Assembly (NCBI GenBank): GCA_049472315.1
Contig: JBLIRN010000013.1
Coordinates: 1 to 64,000 of the forward strand
DNA length: 64,000 bases
Direction of reading: 5' to 3'
Source: a bacterium
GTDB taxonomy: Bacteria; SZUA-182; DTGQ01; JAFGSM01
In this document: positions 47,715 through 59,335 of the stretch, piece after piece
Numbering within the stretch: the first letter of the stretch is position 1
How the letters are laid out: every line of letters starts with the position of its first letter
Program-made: the position numbers and the translations under genes
Notes under the pieces: model-generated
Seen by the model: the letters and a program-made list of their open reading frames with translations, nothing else
What the model was told of the DNA's origin: nothing
Database searches by the model: none

Positions 47715-48824
47715 ATGGCCTCCCCGGTTTATTACATAGATCCACGCACCAGGTCCAACCACGATATCATGGTAAATCTGGAGCGCTTGCTCGAGATGGA
47801 CGTCTTTTCCAGTTACTTCCTGTTATGGAATCTGGTTGCCATAAAGCTTCATCTGGGTGAGCGCGGCGGGTGGGGATACATTCACCCCAAATTTGTGCGC
47901 AAGGTGGTCAATCAGGCCAAGCGGTATGGATGCAAGCCGTTCCTCACCGACACGAACAGTGTTTACGTTGGTGGACGTTCGGATGCGGTGAGCCATATTC
48001 AAACCGCCTTGATCAACGGGTTCGATTATACCGTGTCCAATGCCCCGATTATCATAGCGGACGGGCTTAAAGGGGCGTCATTCATCTCTGTGGAGGTGGG
48101 ATTGAAGCACTTCCGGACGGCGAAGATTGCCCTTGAGATAGCCCATGTGGATGGTATTATAAGCCTCAGTCATTTTAAATGCCATGAACTGTGCGGATTC
48201 GGAGGATCCATAAAGAATATCGGCATGGGACTTGCCGCACGGGCCGGAAAACTCGCCATCCACTCCACCGTCACCCCGTACATCAAAAAGGAATGTACGG
48301 GATGCGGTACGTGCAAGAAATTCTGTATCGGCGATGCCATATTCCTGGCCGAAGGCAGGGCATACATCGATAGTGAGAAATGTATCGGGTGCGGCCAGTG
48401 TATCATCAGTTGTCCAAACGGATTCATCAAGATCAAGTGGGACGAATCGGCCCAGAATGCGCAGGAGAAGATATGCGAGTATGCCTACGGCGTGCTCAAG
48501 ACCTTGGCGATTCCCACGTTTTTTATCAATTTCCTGATCCATATCACCCCGCAGTGTGATTGCTTCGATCACACGGATACCCCCATCTGCCCTGACCTGG
48601 GGATACTCGCCTCCACCGACGTCGTGGCCATTGACCAGGCCTCGGCGGATCTGGTCAATCAGAGCCAGGGGATACCGAATACGGCCTTGAATGGGAAATT
48701 CAAATCGGGAGTCGACAAATTCAGGGCCGTGTACCCTGATATCGATTGGGAGGTGCAGTTGGAATACGCGGAAAGGATCGGTCTGGGCAGCAGGAAGTAC
48801 GAGTTGATCCCGTTTCCCGGCTAG
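47715..48824 (+). CDS. DUF362 Fe-S protein with internal ferredoxin domain
   Basis: IKLHLGE, ADGLKG, SHFKCH, CTGCGTC..C, CIGCGQC..CP, CDC. Confidence 0.9.
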   Translation: MASPVYYIDPRTRSNHDIMVNLERLLEMDVFSSYFLLWNLVAIKLHLGERGGWGYIHPKFVRKVVNQAKRYGCKPFLTDTNSVYVGGRSDAVSHIQTALINGFDYTVSNAPIIIADGLKGASFISVEVGLKHFRTAKIALEIAHVDGIISLSHFKCHELCGFGGSIKNIGMGLAARAGKLAIHSTVTPYIKKECTGCGTCKKFCIGDAIFLAEGRAYIDSEKCIGCGQCIISCPNGFIKIKWDESAQNAQEKICEYAYGVLKTLAIPTFFINFLIHITPQCDCFDHTDTPICPDLGILASTDVVAIDQASADLVNQSQGIPNTALNGKFKSGVDKFRAVYPDIDWEVQLEYAERIGLGSRKYELIPFPG

Positions 48825-49279
48825 ATGCGGAACTCGACCTTGATCTTAAATGTCCTCAGCGACGGGAGATTGAGGATGTCGTCAACCCCCTTCCATCCCT
48901 TGATTTCCTGTATCGTTTGATCTATGACCGCCAGATCTCGGGCGGTAAGGGTGAACCAGAGATTGAATGCCCCTTCCCGCTGGTAGTGGTGGGTGATCCC
49001 TGGAATTTTGTTGATTTTATGTGCAATTTCTTCGATCAAGGAGGGGGCCGCCTTCACCCCCACCAGGCTGCTGTGAAAACCGAGGCGCGAGGAATCGAAT
49101 ACAGCGCCGATGCGACGGATGATCCGCCGTGATCTGAGCCGCTGTATCCGCTCCCACACGTCCTCTTCGGACATGGAGAGCAGCCCTGCCAGGACGGCGT
49201 AGGGATGGGGTTCGACAGGAAAGTGAGACTGTATCAGATTGAGTATCCTTGTGTCGGTTTCATCGATGGGCTGTCCCAT
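48821..49279 (-). CDS. Siroheme decarboxylase subunit (AhbA/NirD-like, Lrp/AsnC fold)
   Basis: IQSHFPV.PHPY, IIRRIGAVF, THHYQR..FNLWFT. Confidence 0.85.
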   Translation of the reverse strand: MGQPIDETDTRILNLIQSHFPVEPHPYAVLAGLLSMSEEDVWERIQRLRSRRIIRRIGAVFDSSRLGFHSSLVGVKAAPSLIEEIAHKINKIPGITHHYQREGAFNLWFTLTARDLAVIDQTIQEIKGWKGVDDILNLPSLRTFKIKVEFRI

Positions 49280-49520
49280 GGTCCGGCCTCCGTAATCCAT
49301 TCGGGAATCCGTGCATCCGCTTGTTCTTCACTATATCACTATATCCTACTTCTGCGGTTATTCGCAAATCTGCCGGCAGCGATTTCGATTCTGAACCTTC
49401 AGCCCGGGAGTGTCGACAGATAAGCATAGGAGTGTTGCCGTGTTACGCCTGGCAAGCTTGGTTGGCAAAAAGTCCTTGATGGCAATACGGTTTCGGCATT
49501 GAGGCCGGGTACGGCGAGAG

Positions 49521-49549
49521 TTGACAAGTATTGAATAGAATTCTATATT
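49521..49549 (+). promoter_or_regulatory. sigma70 promoter TTGACA-N17-TATATT
   Basis: Near-consensus, upstream of the HK. Confidence 0.65.
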
Positions 49550-49592
49550 TGATTCAGGTGCTCCCGGCTGAATGTACACTATTGGGGGAAAA

Positions 49593-51920
49593 ATGACCCT
49601 GAGCATTGGAAAGAAATTGATCTCCGGCACCATCGCCATGCTTGTTCTCGTGGTGGTCATGAGCCTCGTGTCCATATGGAGTGTGCGCCGGGTGGGAAAG
49701 GGCGGAGATATCATCCTGAAGGCCTCCTCCTACATCTGTGAGATCCAGAATCTCCGCCTCTCCTTTGAAAAGGTCCTCATGCCTCCCCATGACTATCTGA
49801 TTTACGGTGATCCGAAAGAGATCCGCAACCTTGAACAAAATCTCCGGGAATTGAAGCAGGCCCTGGTCAAGGTGCAGGAAATGGTCAAGGAATACGAGGG
49901 TGACCATATCGATGCGGTGGAAAGACCCCTCGATGTGACCAGTGACGGCATCGTGACGATCGATGCGCTGGCACGGGAGCTCTTTGCCATTCCGGATCCG
50001 CTGAGGATCAAGGCCGGAGGGTTGATGAAGGAGATGGATGCCCTGACCGAACAGGTCAGGGAGCGGCTTGAAGGGTTGATCCATTCTGTCGCCCATCAGG
50101 GCAACTCACGGATATTGCAGCCGGCATACGAAATCATGATCACCTTCCAGCATATCCTCATGCCTCCGCATGATTATCTCATCACGGGCAACGTGATTGA
50201 GCGGGAAAACTACCAGGGGCTCCGCAAAAGGCTCGAGGAGGAAAAGAATCGGCTTTTGGATCTTTCAGGGCAGGGCAGGGAGCGGGAACAGATCCGCGCG
50301 GTATTTGCAGAATTCAAAGGGGTGACCTCCCTGGCGGAACAGATCCTGGCCATCGACGATCCCATCAAGTTCGAGGCGAGCAAGACCATGAAACGGATGG
50401 ATTCCATTTCCGATCACATCATCCTTGAGTTGGACGGCCTCCTGGAGCATTTCAGGTCGGAAGGGGAAAACGCCAAGGGAAGGGCGGACCGGATCACGGC
50501 GGCCTCCATCCACTTTGCGATCCTGGCGAGCCTCATCCTGATCATCGGCGGGCTTATCGCCGGGCTTGCCTTCTCTTCGAGCATCACCGATCCGGTCCGG
50601 CAGCTTTTGCAGGCAACGCAAAGGATCTCCGCCGGTGACTTTAGTCACAAGGCCCAGGTGGAATCCACTGATGAGATCGGCGCACTTGCCCAATCCTTCA
50701 ACACCATGACCGATCACCTGAAGACCTATCAGGAAAGACTGATCCATGCCAAGGAATATATCGACAATATAATTAAGAGCATGATCGACACCCTCATCGT
50801 TGTGGATCCCGACGGCACGATCCGCACGGTCAATCAGGCTACGCTGAACCTGTTGAATTATGAAAGGGAGGAGGATCTCATCGGAAAGCCGGTGGAGACG
50901 ATTTTGGCAAATGCGGTTTCCCTGTTCAGGGGGGAGGAGATGGATCGACTGATCACCGAAGGGTCCATCCGGAACTATAATGCGGTCTATAAAACCAGGG
51001 ATGGGATAGAAATCCCCATAAATCTCTCCGCCTCGGTGATGAGCGACAAGGATGGGATTCTCCTGGGAACGGTGGGCGTGGCAAGGGATATGCGGGAAAT
51101 ACAGAATCTTATCAATAATCTTACCCGGGCATACAAGGACCTTCAGAACACCCAGGCCCAGTTGATCCAGTCATCCCGCCTGGCATCGATGGGCGTGCTC
51201 GCCGCAGGCATTGCCCATGAGATCAACAACCCCATGAATACCATCATCAATTATGCAGGTCTCCTGGAGGACGAACTGGATCCCAATTCGGAGCACGCCA
51301 GCTACATTCAGGGGATTTTGAATGAGGCACAGCGGATCATCAATATCGTGCAGAATCTGCTCGCATTTGCCCGGACCGATAAAAAGGACCATACCCCCTG
51401 CCATATCACCGACATCATCACCACCTCGGTCACCTTCATGGAGGCCTATCTCGCCAAGGACGGGATAGCGGTCACCACATACTTCGAACCGGATCTGCCG
51501 TTGATCAAGGGCAAGGCAAGCCAATTGGAGCAGGTATTCATCAATCTCATCCTCAACGCACGGGATGCCCTGAACGAAAGATACCCTGCGCGGGATTCGA
51601 ACAAACGCATCGAGATCCAGGTACGCAAGGGAGAGGAAGACGGCGGAGACCATCTGCATATTGAATTTAGGGATTTCGGCACAGGGATCGACGAAGAGGA
51701 CCTGGACAAGATCTTCGATCCCTTTTTCACCACCAAGCGTGCCGATAAGGGTACAGGCCTCGGATTGAGTATCAGTTACGGTATCATCAGAGACCACAAG
51801 GGACGTGTGAAGGTGAGGAGCGAGAAGGGAAGGCACACCACCTTTATCATTGATCTGCCGACTGAGGACGGATTATCAAAACTGGAGGAATACGATGCCC
51901 AGCATTCTGATCATCGATGA
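49593..51920 (+). CDS. Sensor histidine kinase (duplicated periplasmic helical domain, HAMP, PAS)
   Basis: Two TM helices, two MPPHDYL repeats, DEIGALA..FN HAMP, PAS, AHEINNP. Confidence 0.93.
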   Translation: MTLSIGKKLISGTIAMLVLVVVMSLVSIWSVRRVGKGGDIILKASSYICEIQNLRLSFEKVLMPPHDYLIYGDPKEIRNLEQNLRELKQALVKVQEMVKEYEGDHIDAVERPLDVTSDGIVTIDALARELFAIPDPLRIKAGGLMKEMDALTEQVRERLEGLIHSVAHQGNSRILQPAYEIMITFQHILMPPHDYLITGNVIERENYQGLRKRLEEEKNRLLDLSGQGREREQIRAVFAEFKGVTSLAEQILAIDDPIKFEASKTMKRMDSISDHIILELDGLLEHFRSEGENAKGRADRITAASIHFAILASLILIIGGLIAGLAFSSSITDPVRQLLQATQRISAGDFSHKAQVESTDEIGALAQSFNTMTDHLKTYQERLIHAKEYIDNIIKSMIDTLIVVDPDGTIRTVNQATLNLLNYEREEDLIGKPVETILANAVSLFRGEEMDRLITEGSIRNYNAVYKTRDGIEIPINLSASVMSDKDGILLGTVGVARDMREIQNLINNLTRAYKDLQNTQAQLIQSSRLASMGVLAAGIAHEINNPMNTIINYAGLLEDELDPNSEHASYIQGILNEAQRIINIVQNLLAFARTDKKDHTPCHITDIITTSVTFMEAYLAKDGIAVTTYFEPDLPLIKGKASQLEQVFINLILNARDALNERYPARDSNKRIEIQVRKGEEDGGDHLHIEFRDFGTGIDEEDLDKIFDPFFTTKRADKGTGLGLSISYGIIRDHKGRVKVRSEKGRHTTFIIDLPTEDGLSKLEEYDAQHSDHR

Positions 51921-53091
51921 CGAGGAAGGTGTCAGGATCACCCTTAAAAAGATAATGGAGCGAGAGGGATACCACGTTGATACGGCGGGCGACTTCACCA
52001 ATGCACTACACATGCTCAATGAGAGTTCCTATGATACCGTGGTGACCGACATCATCCTGCCCGGTATGAGCGGGATCGATTTGTTGAAGGCAATAAAGGA
52101 GAAAAACCAGGAGTTGCCGGTGATCGTCATCACCGGCGAACCGAATCTCGAGACCGCAAAGGAATCGATCCGCTACGGCGCATATGATTACATCGAGAAA
52201 CCGGTCACCAAATCCAATCTTCCCCCGGTGGTTGCCCGGTCCGTAGAGAAGAAGATGTTGACCGATGAGAAGATGCGCCTGGAAAAGGAAAACCTCGAGT
52301 ATCAGCGAAATCTTGAAAAGAAGGTCAGGGAGCGCACCAAAAAAATCGAATCATTGAACCTTTTGCTCAAGGAATTCCATACCAAGCTGATACGCTCGGA
52401 GCGCCTGGCGACCCTGGGCACCTTCGTCTCCTTTGTAAGTCACGAGCTGCGCAATCCCCTGAGCGTCATCCAGAATTCGGTCTATTACCTGAAAACCCAT
52501 ATCCAGACCGATAATCCCAAGATCGAAAAGTACTTCAGGATCATGGACGAAGAGGTGGAGATCGCCCACAAGATCATCGATGATTTTCTCAACTTCACCA
52601 AGGGGAGGCCCCTCGAGCTGCGTTCCGCCAACATAAACAATGTGATCAAGAAGGTCATCGATCTTATCCGGATACCGGAGAACATCGAAACCGCCCTGGA
52701 TGTCCAAAAGGACCTCCCCGACATCAAGGTGGACAGGGATCATATCCAACAGGTGCTCGTCAACATGATCAATAATGCCATTCAATCAATGCTCCCTAAC
52801 GGAGGGACGCTGACCCTCTCTTCCCGAAGGGACGGGGAATATATCATCATCGATATCACTGATACCGGGGGGGGGATTTCAGAGGAGGATCAGGAGCGCC
52901 TGTTCGAACCCTTTTTCAGCAAAAAGAAGAAGGGTACCGGCCTTGGTCTGGTCATCTGCAAGTTTCTGGTGGATCGTCACAAGGGAAAGATCACGGTTGA
53001 AAGCACATTGGGGAAGGGTACCAGTTTCTCAGTCCACCTGCCGATAGATCCCGCTGCCGTTAAAAGGAGGATTCCATTCCCCACCCCTTAA
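51895..53091 (+). CDS. Hybrid receiver-histidine kinase
   Basis: N-terminal REC (IIDDE, TDIILPG, KP), SHELRNPL, GTGLGL. Confidence 0.93.
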   Translation: MPSILIIDDEEGVRITLKKIMEREGYHVDTAGDFTNALHMLNESSYDTVVTDIILPGMSGIDLLKAIKEKNQELPVIVITGEPNLETAKESIRYGAYDYIEKPVTKSNLPPVVARSVEKKMLTDEKMRLEKENLEYQRNLEKKVRERTKKIESLNLLLKEFHTKLIRSERLATLGTFVSFVSHELRNPLSVIQNSVYYLKTHIQTDNPKIEKYFRIMDEEVEIAHKIIDDFLNFTKGRPLELRSANINNVIKKVIDLIRIPENIETALDVQKDLPDIKVDRDHIQQVLVNMINNAIQSMLPNGGTLTLSSRRDGEYIIIDITDTGGGISEEDQERLFEPFFSKKKKGTGLGLVICKFLVDRHKGKITVESTLGKGTSFSVHLPIDPAAVKRRIPFPTP

Positions 53092-53106
53092 TATCCCATT
53101 CCGCGG

Positions 53107-55053
53107 ATGAGGTCGTTGAATACCCCCTCGTGCAATGACATTCTCGGTCCCGGCGGGCTCATATCAAAAACGCTCCCCGCCTATGAGAACCGGCCTGCCC
53201 AGATAGAGATGGCGAGCGTGGTGGCTCAGGCCATGCAAGGGCAAAAAACCGCCCTCATCGAGGCGGGTACCGGTATCGGAAAGACCCTTGCCTATCTCGT
53301 GCCAATGGTTACCCTCGGGTTACGGGTGGTGGTTTCAACGGGGACCAGGAACCTTCAGGAACAAATCTTCCGAAAGGACATCCCCGTGCTGGAGAAATGC
53401 TTCGGGAGGGCCATCAGGGCATACTGCCTGAAGGGGAGGGGGAATTACCTCTGCTGGCGCAGGTGGAAGCTCTTTGCATCACATCCGGGGCTCGCCATCG
53501 GCGGAGCGGGGAAAAGGCGGGCGGACATACAATCGTGGCTCGACTGCACCGAGCAGGGTGACCGCACCGAACTGGTGTGGCTTCCGGAGGATGATCCCCT
53601 CTGGGTCGAGATCTGCTCAACCACCGAAACATGCCTGGGGCAAAAGTGCGCCGACTATGAACGCTGCTTTGTCACCATTGCACGAAAGGAGGCTGCGGCT
53701 GCGGACATCGTCGTGGTCAATCACCACCTCCTCATTGCGGACTGCTGCCTGCGGGCCAGGTCCGGTGTCTATGCGATTCCACCCTATGCCCGGCTTATTG
53801 TGGATGAGGCACACATGCTCGAGCCGGTGGCAACGGAGTATTTCGGGTGTGCGGTGAGCAACCACCGTATACAGGAGTTGATACGGGATATTCGCCACGA
53901 GACCGCGGCGCTCCGATGTGAAGATGCCGAAATTGCCGGCACCTCCGAGCGGACCCTGAAGGCCGGATCCGCCCTTTTCGATTCCCTGTCCTGGTGCGAG
54001 GACCGCTTTCCCATCAATGACCGCATTATTACCGGAGACACCAGGGACACCCTGCATCTTTTGATCAGAATGCTCACCCACATGCGTGAGCGTCTGGGAA
54101 GGCTTGAAACGACAAGCGATGCCCTGACCCGCTGTTCCCAGCGGGCCCAGGAGATTCAATCCTCCCTGGAGTTCATCTACGATCATGGTGACCCGGATTT
54201 CGTTTTCTGGGGAGAGCGGAGGGGGAGGTCCGTAACGTTGCGGGTGTCGCCCATTGACGTGTCCCGGGATCTTGCCGCCCACCTCTTCAATCCCTTGAGA
54301 GGGCTCGTCCTGACCTCCGCAACCCTCTCCACCGATCAAGGATTTGAGTATATCAAGACCAGGCTGGGGGTGAAATCCGACCATGAGCTGATCGTGGAAT
54401 CGCATTTTGATTACGCCCATCAGGCGGTCATCTTCATACCCAGGGATATGCCCAATCCGGCTACGGAGCAGTTTGCGGAACGGATCGGTCGTCTAAGCGA
54501 GCAGATTCTTCGTGTGACACAGGGGAGGGCCCTCCTCCTTTTCACCAGCTATCGAAACCTGGAGAAGGTGTACCGCTATTTGAAGGATATCGGGATTGAA
54601 TATCGCCTCTTGAAACAGGGGGAGGGGGCCAAGGAACATCTGCTCGCGGAATTCTGGCGGGATATTCCCTCGGTGCTCCTGGCTACGGGGAGCTTCTGGC
54701 AGGGGATCGACATACCGGGTGAGAGCTTGAGCTGCGTGGTGATCGATCGGCTCCCCTTTTCGGTCCCCACCGATCCCATCACCGAGGCCCGTATACAATG
54801 GATCAGGCATAGAGGCGGAAACCCCTTCCGCGATTATCAGCTTCCTTCGGCGATTATTACCCTCAAGCAGGGGCTGGGCCGTTTGATTCGCCATCGGGAG
54901 GATCGTGGTGTCCTGGTCATCCTGGATCCCAGGATATTCACCAAATCATACGGGAAAACCATCCTGAGGAACCTTCCGGCATGCCCGGTGGTGAGTTCCC
55001 TGGAGGAGGTGCGGAGCGCCGCCCAACGGCTGAAGATCATCGATAGCGTATAA
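53107..55053 (+). CDS. DinG/YoaA family ATP-dependent helicase
   Basis: EAGTGIGKT, KGRGNYLC, Fe-S Cys, DEAH, SATL, QGLGRLIR. Confidence 0.95.
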   Translation: MRSLNTPSCNDILGPGGLISKTLPAYENRPAQIEMASVVAQAMQGQKTALIEAGTGIGKTLAYLVPMVTLGLRVVVSTGTRNLQEQIFRKDIPVLEKCFGRAIRAYCLKGRGNYLCWRRWKLFASHPGLAIGGAGKRRADIQSWLDCTEQGDRTELVWLPEDDPLWVEICSTTETCLGQKCADYERCFVTIARKEAAAADIVVVNHHLLIADCCLRARSGVYAIPPYARLIVDEAHMLEPVATEYFGCAVSNHRIQELIRDIRHETAALRCEDAEIAGTSERTLKAGSALFDSLSWCEDRFPINDRIITGDTRDTLHLLIRMLTHMRERLGRLETTSDALTRCSQRAQEIQSSLEFIYDHGDPDFVFWGERRGRSVTLRVSPIDVSRDLAAHLFNPLRGLVLTSATLSTDQGFEYIKTRLGVKSDHELIVESHFDYAHQAVIFIPRDMPNPATEQFAERIGRLSEQILRVTQGRALLLFTSYRNLEKVYRYLKDIGIEYRLLKQGEGAKEHLLAEFWRDIPSVLLATGSFWQGIDIPGESLSCVVIDRLPFSVPTDPITEARIQWIRHRGGNPFRDYQLPSAIITLKQGLGRLIRHREDRGVLVILDPRIFTKSYGKTILRNLPACPVVSSLEEVRSAAQRLKIIDSV

Positions 55054-55350
55054 AACAAGCCGATGGGAGTCCCATGTATGACCGATAAACGTTATATATG
55101 ATGACAAATACAATAAATACCGATAAAGAATATAGAAAAATTGGGTGACCGACATCGCGATTGTGTCAGAAACCACCCACAAGAGAGGATGGCACGGGGG
55201 GGCCGCAGTTCATGGCGATCAGACTTGTACGAAGGACACTGAGGAAGCAGTACGGGGGATTTTCTCCTTCCCTTGACAAAAGGGGGGGGAGACATGCTAT
55301 ATTTCAACTGCTCTTGTGTGGCTCAACTTATAGCTCCTAAGGAGGCGTCA

Positions 55351-56250
55351 TTGGGCAAAAAATATACCATTATCATCGTTCCTGATCCCTCGTCAAAGCC
55401 CATGCGCTTTTATCTGTCGAAGGGATTACTCAAAGGGTTGTTGATATTTGGTATAGCCGCCCTTATCTTTTCAGGGGTCATGGTGTGTCATTATTTCGGT
55501 TTAAAACGGCAGGTCACCGATGTGGCCAGGCTCAGGGAAGACAATCGCCAGCAAAAACTCCAACTGACCTCGCTCACCAAACGCATCGAATCCCTGGGCA
55601 GGAGGTTGAACCAACTCCACAGCTCCAATTCAAAGCTTCAGATCCTTGCCGGGATCAAGAAGCCCGAAAACAGCAAGCAGGTGTTCGGCATGGGTGGCGG
55701 CATAGCGGACGGCATGTACGAATTCTCCCGTGTCAACCTCGCCCGGCTCGTTGAACAGATGGAGGAGGAGCTCGAAAACATCGAATTCGAGGTCTCTTCT
55801 CAGGAGGATACGCTCCAGGAGTTGACCACCATCATCGAAAGCAGAAAGTCGATCCTCGATTCCACCCCTGCCATATGGCCTACCAGGGGATGGATCACCT
55901 CGGGGTTCGGCTATCGAAAGTCACCCTTTACCGGGAAGAGAAGGATGCACCATGGCGTGGATATCGCCTCCAGAAGAGGCACCCCGATCATGGCCACCGC
56001 CCGGGGTATCGTTACCTTTTCCGCGGTTAAGGGAAACTACGGCAAGGTAGTGGTGCTCAGCCACGGCTATGGATTTTCAACCATTTATGCCCACAACTCA
56101 GTCAATCTCGTGAAGGTCGGGGATAAGGTGGAACGGGGTGACATTGTCGCCTACCTCGGCAATACCGGCCGCAGCACGGCCCCGCACCTGCATTACGAGG
56201 TTCGGCAAAACAGAACCCCGGTGAATCCGATCTACTACATGCTCGATTGA
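55351..56250 (+). CDS. M23 family metallopeptidase
   Basis: AAGGAGG RBS with TTG start; HHGVD, YAH, PHLHYE. Confidence 0.93.
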   Translation: MGKKYTIIIVPDPSSKPMRFYLSKGLLKGLLIFGIAALIFSGVMVCHYFGLKRQVTDVARLREDNRQQKLQLTSLTKRIESLGRRLNQLHSSNSKLQILAGIKKPENSKQVFGMGGGIADGMYEFSRVNLARLVEQMEEELENIEFEVSSQEDTLQELTTIIESRKSILDSTPAIWPTRGWITSGFGYRKSPFTGKRRMHHGVDIASRRGTPIMATARGIVTFSAVKGNYGKVVVLSHGYGFSTIYAHNSVNLVKVGDKVERGDIVAYLGNTGRSTAPHLHYEVRQNRTPVNPIYYMLD

Positions 56251-56602
56251 TGCGCTGTCTTCCCTGAGACCGCGCATCCCCCTATTCGTTCATAAACTAT
56301 CATTCCCCACAGTATCCCAGAAGGTTTTTAGTAGCTGCGCTTTTTTTCGCCAATGTATTGCCCAGTTCCAGCATAATTCAAATTAACCATAGGTAACAAT
56401 TGATTATTTCTCCCAAGAGGCATACAATAATTCCCGAAGGGTTTTGTTTGGCATCGACGCTGTCCCGGCGGGTGAGGGCCGCGATGCCGTTGATACCGCT
56501 CAAATGAAGCGGGAACCAGCCGATTTACGGGATATGTGAGAGGAATCCTCTATTCGTGGGGTCGGGGTGGTCCCACGTAGCATACATACAGAAAAGGGAA
56601 AC

Positions 56603-59323
56603 ATGATACAGACATTACTTACAAAGATTATCGGGAGCAAGAACGAGCGCGAATTGAAACGTCTCCAGGAATACGTGGACCGCATCAATGTACTGGAGCC
56701 GGAGATCCAAAAGCTCAGTGATGAAGACCTGCGGGCGAAGACGGAGCGGTTCAAGGAATACTACCGCAAGCACATGGACCTCTTCAAGGCGGGCGAGGGG
56801 ATCACCGAGGAGTATTTCAGGGACCTGAACAAGCTCGATCTCGATGAAAAGCTCGAGTTTGAGCGTATCGAGAAGAAGATCCTGGATGAAGAGAAGGCCG
56901 TGCTGGAGGATCTGCTTCCCGAGGCCTTTGCCGTGGTCAGGGAGGCGGCCAAACGCACCCTCAGGATGCGCCATTTCGATGTCCAGCTCATGGGAGGGGT
57001 GGTGCTTCATGAGGGGAAGATCGCCGAGATGGCAACCGGTGAAGGAAAGACACTGGTGGCGACCCTCCCGGTGTATCTTAATGCCATAGCCGGCAAAGGG
57101 GTGCACGTGGTCACGGTGAACGACTATCTGGCCAAGAGGGACAGCGAATGGATGGGTCAGGTATACAGATTTCTCGGGCTTTCCGTGGGGATCATCCAGC
57201 ACGATATGGACGATGAGGAGCGCACAAAGGCGTATCAATCGGACGTGACGTACGGGACCAACAACGAGTTCGGATTCGATTACCTGCGCGACAACATGAA
57301 ATTCGACCTGAAGGATTACGTGCAGCGGGAGCACTACTACGCCATCGTTGACGAAGTGGACAGTATCCTCATCGATGAGGCGCGGACCCCTCTCATCATC
57401 TCCGGTCCTGCGGAGCAGGCGGAGACGGACGATTACTACCGGGTCGACCGGATCATCCCCAGGCTCAGCAAGGGTCGGCCCCTGCGAGGCGAGGAGGACA
57501 AGGAGGAGGACGGGGACTATCAGGTGGATGAGGAGAAGAAGGCGGTCTTCCTTACGGAGCAGGGCAGGAGGAAGGTGGAGCGCCAGTTGGGGATAAAGGA
57601 CCTGTACGAGTCCGAGGAGGGGGTGGACGGCATGGAGTCGGCCAAGCACCTCTCCCTCATCCACAAGGTGGAGCAGTCGCTCAAGGCGCATGAAATCTTC
57701 AAGCGGGATGTGGATTACGTGGTAAAGGAGGGAGAGGTGATCATCGTGGATGAATTCACCGGCCGCCTCATGCCGGGAAGGCGTTACAGCGATGGTCTCC
57801 ACCAGGCCCTGGAGGCGAAGGAGAAGGTGAAGATCGCCCGGGAGAACCAGACCCTCGCATCCATCACCTTCCAGAACTACTTCCGGCTGTACAAGAAGCT
57901 CGCCGGAATGACCGGCACCGCAGACACCGAGGCCATGGAGTTCCGCAAGATCTACAACCTCGACGTGGTGGTGATACCCACCAACCGACCCCTTATACGC
58001 GCCAATTACGCGGATGTGATCTACCGCACCGAGGATGAGAAGTTCAAATCGGTGGCGGATGAGATAGAGGAATGCAACCAGGTGGGACGTCCGGTCCTGG
58101 TGGGCACCATTGCCATCGAGAAATCGGAGCGGCTCCACGAGTTGCTCTCCAAGAGGGGAGTCCCCCACCACGTGTTGAACGCGAAGTACCATGAGAAGGA
58201 GGCGGAGATCATCGCCCAGGCGGGCCAGAGGGGAGCGGTCACCATATCCACCAACATGGCGGGGCGAGGCACGGACATCGTCCTGGGTGAGGGGATCGCC
58301 GAGCAGGGGGGACTCCATGTCATCGGCACGGAACGGCACGAGAGCAGGCGCATCGACAACCAGCTTCGCGGACGTTCCGGCCGCCAGGGAGATCCGGGAT
58401 CATCCCGCTTCTATCTTTCCCTCCAGGACGACCTGCTGCGCATATTCGGCTCCGAGATGATATCCAGGATCATGTCCGGCCTGGGCATGGACGACGGCCA
58501 ACCCATCGAGCACCGGATGGTCACCAAGGCCATCGAGCGGGCCCAGGCGCGGGTGGAAGGGATCCACTTCGACGCTCGAAAGCACCTCCTGGAATACGAT
58601 GACGTGATGAACAAGCAGCGGGAGGTGATCTACGAGCAACGACGCATGGTACTGGAGAGCGCATCGGTCAAGAACGTGCTGTACGATATGATCGAGGAGA
58701 TGATCGAGGATTGTGTCGACCAGCATACCAGCCCCCGGTCCTATGCGGAGGATTGGGACCTCAAGGGCCTCAAGGGTGAGCTTCTCAGGAGGTTCGGGTT
58801 TCTCTGGGAGCCTGATCCGGAGAGGCTCAGGGATGTTACCCAGGCGCAGTTCAAGGAGGACGTGCATAACGCCATCATCCAGCAATACGAGGGCAGGGAG
58901 AAGAATATCGGCAGCGCCACCATGCGCCACCTCGAAAAGATGATCATGCTCTCCACCATCGATACCCTGTGGAAGGACCATCTGTATGCCATGGATCACC
59001 TCAAGGAGGGGATCGGCATGCGCGGGTACGGTCAGAAGGATCCCTTGATAGAGTACAAGAGGGAAGGGTTCGACATGTTCCAGGAGATGATCTGGATGAT
59101 CAAGCAGCAGACCGTGACCCACCTGTTCATGATCCAGTCGGTACGGGAGGAGGAGGAGAAGGAGCGGCAGCGGAGGATGAAAGTGGCCCAGCAACTGGAG
59201 GCGGCAAAGAAGGCGGGGAGTTTTTCCCAGCCCCAGCAGAAACGAAAGGAAAAAAAGGTCGGACGCAACGAGCCCTGCCCGTGCGGGAGCGGGATGAAAT
59301 ACAAAAAGTGCTGTGGACGATAG
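56603..59323 (+). CDS. secA: Protein translocase subunit SecA
   Basis: [52 protein letters not shown]. Confidence 0.98.
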   Translation: MIQTLLTKIIGSKNERELKRLQEYVDRINVLEPEIQKLSDEDLRAKTERFKEYYRKHMDLFKAGEGITEEYFRDLNKLDLDEKLEFERIEKKILDEEKAVLEDLLPEAFAVVREAAKRTLRMRHFDVQLMGGVVLHEGKIAEMATGEGKTLVATLPVYLNAIAGKGVHVVTVNDYLAKRDSEWMGQVYRFLGLSVGIIQHDMDDEERTKAYQSDVTYGTNNEFGFDYLRDNMKFDLKDYVQREHYYAIVDEVDSILIDEARTPLIISGPAEQAETDDYYRVDRIIPRLSKGRPLRGEEDKEEDGDYQVDEEKKAVFLTEQGRRKVERQLGIKDLYESEEGVDGMESAKHLSLIHKVEQSLKAHEIFKRDVDYVVKEGEVIIVDEFTGRLMPGRRYSDGLHQALEAKEKVKIARENQTLASITFQNYFRLYKKLAGMTGTADTEAMEFRKIYNLDVVVIPTNRPLIRANYADVIYRTEDEKFKSVADEIEECNQVGRPVLVGTIAIEKSERLHELLSKRGVPHHVLNAKYHEKEAEIIAQAGQRGAVTISTNMAGRGTDIVLGEGIAEQGGLHVIGTERHESRRIDNQLRGRSGRQGDPGSSRFYLSLQDDLLRIFGSEMISRIMSGLGMDDGQPIEHRMVTKAIERAQARVEGIHFDARKHLLEYDDVMNKQREVIYEQRRMVLESASVKNVLYDMIEEMIEDCVDQHTSPRSYAEDWDLKGLKGELLRRFGFLWEPDPERLRDVTQAQFKEDVHNAIIQQYEGREKNIGSATMRHLEKMIMLSTIDTLWKDHLYAMDHLKEGIGMRGYGQKDPLIEYKREGFDMFQEMIWMIKQQTVTHLFMIQSVREEEEKERQRRMKVAQQLEAAKKAGSFSQPQQKRKEKKVGRNEPCPCGSGMKYKKCCGR

Positions 59324-59335
59324 GGAGCAGAGGAA

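Noticed and set aside
56615..58339. 574-aa minus-strand ORF
   Set aside because: Antisense shadow of secA
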